64,000 bases of DNA from a virus. Its lineage: Duplodnaviria; Caudoviricetes. The stretch is from the IMG/VR virus record IMGVR_UViG_3300020598_000119; one strand, given 5' to 3'. The translations under genes and the position numbers were made by a program. Shown here in pieces: positions 49,725-58,400 of this stretch. Position 1 is the stretch's first letter; each line of letters opens with the position of its first letter. The notes under the pieces are model-generated. The model saw only the letters and a program-made list of their open reading frames with translations, had not been told where the DNA came from and did no database searches.

Positions 49725-49754
49725 AAACGCCCTGACATCGAGTTCAGGGCGTTT
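49725..49754. terminator. Intrinsic terminator after the DUF1127 gene
   Basis: AAACGCCCTGA-catcgagt-TCAGGGCGTTT. Confidence 0.75.
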
Positions 49755-50080
49755 GAATTTGAAGAGAATGCCTTTAGCGACCGCCAGCAGCGTTATCGAT
49801 CTGCGAACGAGAGATACCGATATCGGCAAGAAGATGGTCGTCCAATTGACTGAGCTGATAAACAGCACGGCGATGATTAAGATACTGAGTTACTTTTTTA
49901 CGAATGTTCATTTCTTTTCCTCACATGAATAATCCTCTGAATTATAAATGGGCTTTGGCTTGAATATTTGCTATGGAATAAAACGCACACTAGCTATGCA
50001 TGGGAGGAATGGCTCGCATAATTATTATGCATGGGAAAAACTACAGTAGTGGCGAACTCAACAATCAATACGGAATGTAA

Positions 50081-50156
50081 TGGCGCGACCGGGGAGAGTC
50101 GAACTCCCGACCTCCTCGTTCGGAGCGAGGCGCTCTATCCACTGAGCTACGGCCGC
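50081..50156 (-). tRNA. tRNA-Arg(CCG)
   Basis: Cloverleaf; anticodon arm CCTCG-CTCCGAA-CGAGG; TTCGA; encoded CCA. Confidence 0.95.
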
Positions 50157-50164
50157 ATTTAAGG

Positions 50165-50240
50165 TGGAGCGCACGGCAGGATTCGAACCTGCATAAATCG
50201 GCTTCGTAGACCGATGCCACATCCCTTGGACCACGTGCGC
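50165..50240 (-). tRNA. tRNA-Arg(ACG), atypical D-arm and U73
   Basis: GCGCACG acceptor; TCGGT-CTACGAA-GCCGA; GCAGG-TTCGAAT-CCTGC; ends TCCA. Confidence 0.88.
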
Positions 50241-50281
50241 GAATTATTTATGACGTTTGTCCAGATCGTCATAAAAAGAAG

Positions 50282-50359
50282 TGGCACGTTTGACAGGATT
50301 CGAACCTGTGACCTTCGGTTTCGTAGACCGACGCTCTGATCCAGCTGAGCTACAAACGC
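50282..50359 (-). tRNA. tRNA-Arg(ACG)
   Basis: TAGCTCAGCTGGA D-arm; TCGGT-CTACGAA-ACCGA; ends GCCA. Confidence 0.95.
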
Positions 50360-50414
50360 AATCTCAATTAAAAGGCGGCTGCACCAGCGCCAAATAATCG
50401 AAACCATGAAACTG

Positions 50415-50490
50415 TGGTGCCATCAGCGAGGATCGAACTCGCGACTTTCGGCTCTTCAGACCGACGCTCTACCAACTGAGCTACAATGGC
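50415..50490 (-). tRNA. tRNA-Phe(GAA)
   Basis: TCGGT-CTGAAGA-GCCGA; TTCGA; ends ACCA. Confidence 0.93.
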
Positions 50491-50522
50491 TTAGAAAGGG
50501 CTTTCGCTCTTTCGATGATTTG

Positions 50523-50551
50523 ACTATGCCAGACACAAAAACCTGAGTCAA
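50523..50551 (-). promoter_or_regulatory. Sigma70 promoter of the tRNA cluster
   Basis: TTGACT-N17-CATAGT with an AT-rich UP-like tract upstream, about 33 nt before tRNA-Phe. Confidence 0.75.
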
Positions 50552-50717
50552 CAACAAAAATAAAAAAAGATAATATTTTCAAACGCTTACATGGAAAATC
50601 AGCATGCAAAAAGGCTTCTCGGGAAGTTCGTTCCCAAGCTAAAAATCAAACATTTCGCTCCTAAATCGAGCCTTTTTTCGCCGTCGTCGTCGCATCGCTT
50701 TCTCCAGTTTCAAGACA

Positions 50718-50765
50718 ATAAAAAAGGCTGGGGCTTCGTACCTTCCGGTAGAAGCCCCAGCCTTT
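50718..50765 (-). terminator. Strong intrinsic terminator/attenuator
   Basis: AAAGGCTGGGGCTTC-N13-GAAGCCCCAGCCTTTTTT on the - strand, about 25 nt after the stop of a 28-codon ORF. Confidence 0.85.
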
Positions 50766-50789
50766 GCTTTAACAGTGATCAGTCTTAGA

Positions 50790-50876
50790 TCATGTCATGC
50801 GCAAGCGCGTTGGAAGCCATCCGACCGGATGTCCAATAACGCTAAATCGCCGACGAATGATCAAACCAACTGACAT
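50790..50876 (-). CDS. Putative leader peptide MSVGLIIRRRFSVIGHPVGWLPTRLRMT (absent from ORF track)
   Basis: SD AAGGGA, ATG..TGA, tandem CGT-CGG-CGA codons, internal palindrome CATCCG-GT-CGGATG, terminator follows. Confidence 0.65.
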   Translation of the reverse strand: MSVGLIIRRRFSVIGHPVGWLPTRLRMT

Positions 50877-51335
50877 GTTTTTCCCTTTTAGATAGACCAG
50901 CTTTGGCTTGTTTCATAATTCATTTTCGAATTATGTCCCCACCGCCATTGAGGGGATCCAAATTTGTCATTGATTTGCTATGAAGCACCTCAATGGCGCA
51001 TCTGCACCATGCTTTGACACATAGGGCAGATATTCTGTGCATTAAACGGACAATGCATGATCCACATTAGTATGACCTTGATAATCCACTCACTGTAGCC
51101 ACGTCTCTGCGACGAACGAACCATCTGCGGTTCTTGGTCGAGCAGCTATCAAGCATACTGTGCAAATCAGACATATCCGTTTAATACTATTCACAAATCT
51201 AGCCATATTTAAGAAAATGGCAACTTATTTCTTTTTGCCTTTATGAATTTTTAACAGGGCAATTAAGGCCATCCACGCCATGAGGCGAATTATGAAACAA
51301 GCCACTTATATACAGGTCCCGACAACAGTCAAGAA

Positions 51336-51950
51336 TTATGGTTGCAGCCCCCTACTGTCCTCCAGGGTTTCGTTTAAGCGAGTGATCGTGGAATTAAGAT
51401 ATTGGCTAATGCTCTCAGCAGCTTCCTTCAACTCCGGTTCCATTACCTTAGGTCTGTCAAGAGCAAGTGCGCGCTGGGTAACAACCACCGGCGGCGTCTG
51501 CCCGCTACAGATATATGCGGCTGCCAGATGATCCGACAGGTCTGCTCCACCAGAAGTCAATGCGAAACCGGATATCATTGTGATGTCGTCTACCTGACCT
51601 GAAATCAAAACGCAGCTCAATCCGGCCGCGTACATGGCATTCGCGGCCGCCTGAGGGTCGACTGTCGGCGTACATGGCCAGAATACAGTCATCTGCGGAT
51701 GAAACTGCTGCTTCCACTCATCATGACCAGCCGTCCCCTTGAAGGAGGCGACGGCGAAGCGATAGGCCTCCTCCTCATCCTCTGGAACCACCAAGCCATT
51801 GGCGACAAGGTGGTCGGGGGAATAGTTAGCATCATAGAGATCGTCGTCGGACGGTTCTGGATAGACAATGAGTTTGTCCAGATCGCCGATACAAGACCAA
51901 TTGAACCGCGAGGGCGTTGCCAAAATGAAATCAGTAGATAGCTTGCTCAT
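51336..51950 (-). CDS. Hypothetical protein
   Basis: 204 aa; FALTSGGADLSDHLAAAYI motif. Confidence 0.75.
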   Translation of the reverse strand: MSKLSTDFILATPSRFNWSCIGDLDKLIVYPEPSDDDLYDANYSPDHLVANGLVVPEDEEEAYRFAVASFKGTAGHDEWKQQFHPQMTVFWPCTPTVDPQAAANAMYAAGLSCVLISGQVDDITMISGFALTSGGADLSDHLAAAYICSGQTPPVVVTQRALALDRPKVMEPELKEAAESISQYLNSTITRLNETLEDSRGLQP

Positions 51951-52032
51951 TCAACTTATATCCAATGAGGTTATGCATCCACCTTGAAAGCAATTGACGC
52001 ATAAATCATCTGTCAAGATGGTGAAACGCCAA

Positions 52033-52281
52033 TTACTTCGAGGTGGAGTACGGCGCGTCGCGGTCGATGCTCTTCAACTCGGCTTGCTTTTGTAGGCCAG
52101 TCCTCTTCCACGACTGCCTGGTAGTCGAGGCAATTGGAGCAGGATTGGAAGCGCTCTTGCTATCGACGACCACTCCGTGAGGTGCCGCCACGAGACCAAG
52201 ATGATTTTGCTTTGGGGTCGAAAAACTGCAACCGCCGAGAACCAAAGTTGCCAACGAAACTGCGATAAAAGTCGCACGCAT
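52033..52281 (-). CDS. Small lipoprotein
   Basis: Lipobox LGGC; SD AGGT. Confidence 0.7.
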   Translation of the reverse strand: MRATFIAVSLATLVLGGCSFSTPKQNHLGLVAAPHGVVVDSKSASNPAPIASTTRQSWKRTGLQKQAELKSIDRDAPYSTSK

Positions 52282-52565
52282 AGGTCACCTATAAAAACAC
52301 ACTTCCCAAATTCTGAAGGCAAGGAGCGTCGGCGTCAATTTCAGGGGATAACCCTAATCATCGGAATTCCCACAAAATAATTTACTAAAAAGCCTCGTTT
52401 AATGCGTTGATAAATATGGAATACCACCTTTTATCTGCGACAATTTGGGCTTGTTCTGCTTAATTATGGATTTTCTGTTTGACCTTCCTTTAATTACGAC
52501 CTAATTTCCAGCCCATCCAACAAATGGAACCCAAATGTTTTTGATAGGAATTCGGAGAATTAAGA

Positions 52566-52784
52566 ATGGATGATGCAGATCGCGCAAGTGACATCGAGTT
52601 GGCCCGCGTACAGAAGAGCCTTCTAAGCATTAAAAAGGAATTGAAATTCGAACCTGATGACATTTACTGCATCGAATGCGGTGATGAAATTCCTGAAGAA
52701 CGCCGCCATGCAATGCCGAATTGTATCCGTTGCGTAACTTGCCAGGAACTCGACGAGCGTCCGCGTCGCGTCAAGAGGTACTAA
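52566..52784 (+). CDS. TraR/DksA C4 zinc-finger protein
   Basis: MDDADRA (DxxDxA) and CIECGDEIPEERR..RCVTCQ. Confidence 0.92.
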   Translation: MDDADRASDIELARVQKSLLSIKKELKFEPDDIYCIECGDEIPEERRHAMPNCIRCVTCQELDERPRRVKRY

Positions 52785-52785
52785 T

Positions 52786-53562
52786 TTGTCTGAAAATCTA
52801 CTCGCCGACATGCTCTATAAGAGCAGCATGAGAAATTTCGGGTCCGACGAGCACATGCAGATTGCTGGTCTTCTTAAGGACTCGAAGAAAAATGTCATAG
52901 ACACGCAGTCGGCGATTGAGATCAGACAACTTCTGAACAACGATCCACATGCCATCGAGCGTGGCCTCAATTTCATCCAGCGCCCCAAATCGCCTGTTTG
53001 GTACGAGTGGGGCCTTGAAACTCGATCCGGTCATGGAGGCAATGAGCATGTGAAAACTGGTTGCCTCGTAACTCCTCATGAGTTCGACGAGAACCTCATG
53101 CTGGCTGTCACTGGCTGGTCCACGGACGGTGTAGATGCTCGACATGCATTTGCTGTAGCATTGTTTGACACCGAGACGATGGCGCAGATCTCCAAAATTG
53201 CCAGATCGCGTAGGAATTCAACGGCAGATGCGAGTTTGAGCCGGATCATGAACTGCATCGAAGTTACGATGCCACCTGGCTTCAATGATGAAATCGACAT
53301 TCTGACAGGAAGCGATCCATTTGCAAAAGAGCGGAGCTATCGTGACGCTACGGCGGAAATCCCCTTCCTGCTGACGATTATGCTACTCGAACAAACCAAA
53401 GGTGGTCTGACGGGTACGCAAACGGAAAATGTCACTCGCCAGACATTATCACCCTCTCCTAAGAAGGGTTGCATGCGCGAGTTTTTTGATAATGCAAGGA
53501 AGCGCAAAAATTACTTCTCGATCCCGAATTGGAAGGGATCTTCTCCAGTTTGGTATAGATGA
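52786..53562 (+). CDS. Hypothetical protein
   Basis: 258 aa, directly after the TraR-like gene. Confidence 0.7.
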   Translation: MSENLLADMLYKSSMRNFGSDEHMQIAGLLKDSKKNVIDTQSAIEIRQLLNNDPHAIERGLNFIQRPKSPVWYEWGLETRSGHGGNEHVKTGCLVTPHEFDENLMLAVTGWSTDGVDARHAFAVALFDTETMAQISKIARSRRNSTADASLSRIMNCIEVTMPPGFNDEIDILTGSDPFAKERSYRDATAEIPFLLTIMLLEQTKGGLTGTQTENVTRQTLSPSPKKGCMREFFDNARKRKNYFSIPNWKGSSPVWYR

Positions 53563-53564
53563 AC

Positions 53565-53586
53565 AAGCCCGCATTGAGCGGGCTTT
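53565..53586. terminator. Terminator between convergent genes
   Basis: AAGCCCGC-attga-GCGGGCTTT. Confidence 0.7.
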
Positions 53587-53589
53587 CGC

Positions 53590-55425
53590 TTATCGGAATC
53601 GATAGGCCACAGGATCAGGGGAAATCATCCCAGAAATTGGCGCGACCTCTTCGCAGTCCATCAAACCATCGAGGTTCATTTCTTGATACTTCTTGTTCAC
53701 GAACGGGAACCAGGGCATGACAGCTAGATTCAGGGTGTCGCGGTCCTTCCAGTCATAACCACAGAGCCTCTCAATACCATCATCAGGGATCGGAATATCG
53801 TCGAGGAAGGCGCTGATCAGCTTTCGGTTGAGCTTTACCTGTCCCGAGAGGATTGCCGACATGTACCAAGCGGTGGCGTCTTTTGCCTTAGGACTTGCGG
53901 CTGTATTTCCATGAGCCATGTTCTGCTTAACACGCAGCATGTCGTTTGAAGGATTTAAGGAGTCGAATTCGATTGTCGAATGGCGGCGTTCTATAGCCCC
54001 ATTTTCATCCAACGAACGAACCGACACGATGAACGATTGGCACGTTTCTGCGACACGGGTGTAACCACCGACGCAGTGGTTCATTGCTGCCCCTTCCTGT
54101 TGCAATTCAATCGTACTGCGAAGGGGAACAAGCCACAGGCCGTTGGGAGCCTGAACAGGCTCAGTCAAACCAGGCCAAGTGTTGGCCTCTATCGAGCGTC
54201 TCAGCTCTTGTCGGTTCTCGGCCTCAATCTGCGCCGTGCCACTCAAGATGTCATTGCGGCCAAGGTGGAAGCGACGCTGTTGATCTGCGATGTCGGTCAG
54301 TGATTTGCCAGCAATGATCATCTCGAATGCCGCTGCACGGGCGGCAATACCCATCTCTGGAGTTACCATGACCTCGTCACTGTCACCACCATGGGCGGAC
54401 AGGGGGAGGACTACAAAATTTTTGAAATCCTCAAGCATGTCAGCCGTGTTTCGCATCGCAAGACGGAAGTCTTCCTCAGGATCAGCCATATCTACATCAA
54501 GGCTCTCGGGGATGGTAAGGTGAATGCGGAAGTATTCTTCAAGTTTGGCCTGCTCAATACCCGCCTTCTTGATTACGCGCTGACAAAAGTCTGTCCATTT
54601 ACCTTGTGCTGATTTGACCATAGGCCCCACAGAATGATCACTAGCAGCCAGATCTTCGAATATACCTCCGGCGACCTGACAAAACGAGCGCCAGTCTTGG
54701 CCCGAGGTCGGTATCCAATCTGGCGGAACCAGCGACATCAAACGAACCACAGACGAAAGCTTCACACCGTTCGGAATGGTGTCGGCCGTCGAAAGGCGCT
54801 TGAGAACTGGCTTCGTAATTGAAGCGTCGACGATTTTTGAGAGCAAATTGACAACCGTATCAGCGATTGGCTTCTTACGGTCCACCGCCATTTTTGCAGT
54901 CAAATTCGATGATAAAAGGTCGGCTAGGATCGGATAGCTCGCCGCAGCCTGACGCCGAATAAGGGCGCGATCATTATCGCCAGCATAGAATTCGTAAGCT
55001 GCTTTAGTTTGCTGATAGCTTTTGGCAATAGCATCGAGACCTTTGTGGTCAAAGTTTTTCACGCGATTTTTTTCGCTCGAAATCAACTCAGCAAGCTCAC
55101 TTCTTGCCTCTTCACGAAATTCAAACGGCAGGTTCAATTGATCCATAAGATCATCGACACGATCACCACCAACCATTGCGAACGCCCACGGTGCATGTGC
55201 ACGACTATCTGTCGGGCTTTCCGTAAGGAGACCCATGGCGTCTTCGACGTGGAACTGTTTGAAACTTGTCGCCGAAGAATATGTCAAAGTGCCCTCATCA
55301 TTCCCAACGATTATGCAAACAGACAATTTGACATCGTCACGATAGGAAAGGGCATACCCGTCCCCCGTAGGTGAGGAAATAGAGGTTAATTTAACCCCGA
55401 GTTTTTCCAAAATACTCATGCACAC
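53590..55425 (-). CDS. PcfJ-domain protein
   Basis: PLRSTIELQQEGAAMNHCVGGY..IVSVR..STIE..Q..AHGN. Confidence 0.85.
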   Translation of the reverse strand: MCMSILEKLGVKLTSISSPTGDGYALSYRDDVKLSVCIIVGNDEGTLTYSSATSFKQFHVEDAMGLLTESPTDSRAHAPWAFAMVGGDRVDDLMDQLNLPFEFREEARSELAELISSEKNRVKNFDHKGLDAIAKSYQQTKAAYEFYAGDNDRALIRRQAAASYPILADLLSSNLTAKMAVDRKKPIADTVVNLLSKIVDASITKPVLKRLSTADTIPNGVKLSSVVRLMSLVPPDWIPTSGQDWRSFCQVAGGIFEDLAASDHSVGPMVKSAQGKWTDFCQRVIKKAGIEQAKLEEYFRIHLTIPESLDVDMADPEEDFRLAMRNTADMLEDFKNFVVLPLSAHGGDSDEVMVTPEMGIAARAAAFEMIIAGKSLTDIADQQRRFHLGRNDILSGTAQIEAENRQELRRSIEANTWPGLTEPVQAPNGLWLVPLRSTIELQQEGAAMNHCVGGYTRVAETCQSFIVSVRSLDENGAIERRHSTIEFDSLNPSNDMLRVKQNMAHGNTAASPKAKDATAWYMSAILSGQVKLNRKLISAFLDDIPIPDDGIERLCGYDWKDRDTLNLAVMPWFPFVNKKYQEMNLDGLMDCEEVAPISGMISPDPVAYRFR

Positions 55426-58400
55426 ATCTCCAGGGCTTTAGCCTGATGTTCGTTTTCATCAACAAAGTCACGGCGGTATTTGCTGTCGACGTAGAACGTG
55501 TTAATCCCAGAATTATTCAAAATTTCCAACACATCACGCAAATCATCAACGCTGGTAATCGTTACAGATGAATGAGTGTTGCTGGTCAATTCTCCGCTTT
55601 CAAACAGCTCTTTAAATGCTTCAGATGGCCATTTACGCCCTGCACGGCTATTGCGCGGAGCTGGGATGGTAAGATTCCACGTATCACGTCCAAATGGAGA
55701 GATTTTCAACGCATTCTTTGAAGAAGTGGCCGAATTGGTGACCTCGGCACGTTTATCAACAAGCGCATTGAGAGCCTGTTCAACACCGTCAAGGCGAACC
55801 GCCAATTTTTCGAGATGGGATTCAAAGTTCTTTTTTACCAAAACACCGCGATGGCGATTACCTTCCGAGTCCACGTAGGAAATCATCTGACCGAGATTGT
55901 ACTTGGTCGCCAAACGGACGGCACGGAAAATGTTGGTCGAGAGAATACGAGCAGGCGTCAGTTTCTTTGCTGATGCGCCTTCGAACCTCTCCAGCACCTT
56001 GTCATAATCCGAACCCGTCAGGCCGTCAGATACATTGAATTTAACGCCGCCGTTCTTTTCGAAAGTAGCGACCTGCATATCCTGCAAAAGCGTGCTCAAA
56101 CGAACAGACGTGATGCGTGTCTGACCTGGAATGGCAAGCGAAACTGTGTACTGGCTGCGGAGGTGATGATAGCCAGACGGCGGCGCATATACAGCAGTTA
56201 CGATAGCCTTGACCTTTTCCGCATCGAGGCCATGAGCAAGCTCAACCTCACGACCTGGGATCAGCGCACGCAATGCAGCCGCCGTAATTTCCATATCGCT
56301 CTTGATCTGCATAAGCTTCGGGTTGTTTTTCTCCAGTGCCTCCTGAACAGTTCTAATGTTCTTTGGCATGTAGATTTCGAGATAGACTTCTGGGCTTTCT
56401 GTAATGTTGTCAGCAGCCTTCTCGACTTCACCGTAAACCTCGGTACCAGCCTCAACAGCTTCCATCAGCGCTTCTGAACGAATGGATTCTGCAACTCGTT
56501 CGATAACGACATCACGGATGTGCATCGGGCCATCGAAAGCCGTAACTGCAGCAGAGTTCTCATTGCCCTCAAAGAGACGTGCATCACGAATGTGAACCAT
56601 GCCTTCGAGTTCCTTCGGACGAAGCGGGTTTTCGCCGCGAGCCTCAAGTTCTGCGATATGCAGCTCGTATTCGGCTGTTAGCTCAGACAGAACCTTTTCC
56701 TGATAATCAGTTGGCAACAACGCGAGGCGAGACATGAACTCGTTCGCCGAACGGTCATTGTCCTGACGGCTTTCACTTTCGACATCTTCGTCAGTACCAG
56801 GAACATTCACAACGCCTTCCTCGTCGACATATGAGAGACATAGCTTCTTTACGAGATCTGGTCGCATTTCCGCATATTTGGAGACAACCTGATCGCCGAC
56901 CGAATTGATCAAGTCTGGAATGTTCTTCGTCAGGAAGATGCTGTCACGATTTGATGTCACGTTTGCCGAGAGACGGCGCAGTTTCTGGTTTCTCATAGCT
57001 GCAAGACGCACTTCAACAGGAAGTCCGCTGGAGAGGACTTCAACACGAGATGGGACAACCTCATCGTAACGGCTGACACGACCATAAGCCTGAATCTGCT
57101 TCAGGACATATGCAGGCCCTTGTAGCTCGATCATCACGCGACGGCGCTGATCCTTGAAACGGCGCGAGGCGTGCAGGTCGATGCCCGTGCTACCAGCTGA
57201 GTTGATGACGAGAGCGTCGACTTCGCCAGCGTTGAAGGAGTTTTTGGTTTTGGTGACGTTGCGCTCCTTGCGCGGGACAACCTTGCCGTCGACCACTTCA
57301 AGCACTCGTCCCGTGATCTCCCCACAGGAGAACCCAGCATCACGAATTTTACCCTTAACGACGTCAATTGCCGATGCTGGCAAATCAGGAAGCTGATCGA
57401 TCATAGCGTTGATGTGGGAAAGCGTAGCCTGCACGGCCTCATTGCCTTCTGCAGCATCAACACGGTTCAGACCCCCATCGTCATCAGTGTACGACATCTT
57501 GGTTAGCTGGCCGAGGATGCGTCTCATGACGTCCTTGAAGTCAGGAGCGTCACCGCCATCAAGCTCTGCATCCTTGAGAATGCCTTGAATAGTGTTTTCG
57601 ACGAGGACGATAGGCTTTTCGCCATTCTGCAGGGCGGTTACGGCCCGTTCAGCGGCAAATTCAGCAAGAAGCGCGGCCGAGAAGAGCCGTATCATCGTGT
57701 AAAGCGGAGAGCCGAAGCCCATGCGCTTAAGCTGAATACCCTTCAAAAGGCTGCCATCAGTATTGTTTCGAGCATTGACAACACGGTCCATCTCACCGGA
57801 CAGGACAGCCATCTCTCCTATGACAGCGGCCAAAGCGTCCATGTGATTGCGATTTCTCTCAACGCGTTCGCTATCGAGATGCTGGCTGATCTCCAGCTTG
57901 GACATGTCCTTCTCACGACGGATCATGACGCCATCGGTCACCAGCATAGAAGAGACAACTTCCATGAACTGCTCACCGCCTTTGCGCATCATCGCAGCAA
58001 TTTCAGAGCCGCTCATTCCGTACGGGAACAGCCGTTCAAAGAATGCCATCGCCCGAGCGTCTCCAGCGAATGTGGCTGACGAAAGAACTGGAGGGCCGGA
58101 TGCCTCAATTGCATGCGCAATGTTTTCGGAAGTGTTCGAGTTACCGCTTGCCGCAACGTGAATTTCATCGCCCACCACAAGCGTCTCGGCATCAATGACT
58201 TCGCGTAGCCACGCAGCACGTGCCGAATCTTCTGGCGACTGATTGAACTGGCTGTAGGTAGCAAAGACGACAGGGATGTCGTCCGGCCAGGTCTTATCAG
58301 CGATTGCCTTTTCAAGAATGGAGCGATCCCCGAGTTCAAACGCCTTACCAGTAGATTCATCGATCAGCGAAGCGTCCTGGTTCATGACCACTGGCTTGAC

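Noticed and set aside
49149-49932. ORF-track ORFs around the operators and DUF1127
   Set aside because: Overlap regulatory palindromes or the better-supported 48-aa DUF1127 gene and lack motifs
50081-50490. Amber suppressor tRNA explaining the TAG at 8320
   Set aside because: The CTA in the Arg loops (CTACGAA) occupies positions 32-34; the centred anticodons are ACG, ACG, CCG and GAA
50081-50490. tRNAs as prophage or ICE attachment sites
   Set aside because: No integrase, transposase, phage structural gene or duplicated tRNA 3' end seen in the window
51067-51174. 35-codon - strand ORF with AlpA-like FVRRRDVATVSGLSRSY
   Set aside because: Stops before a full HTH and no frame continues the similarity; chance or an unrecognisable remnant
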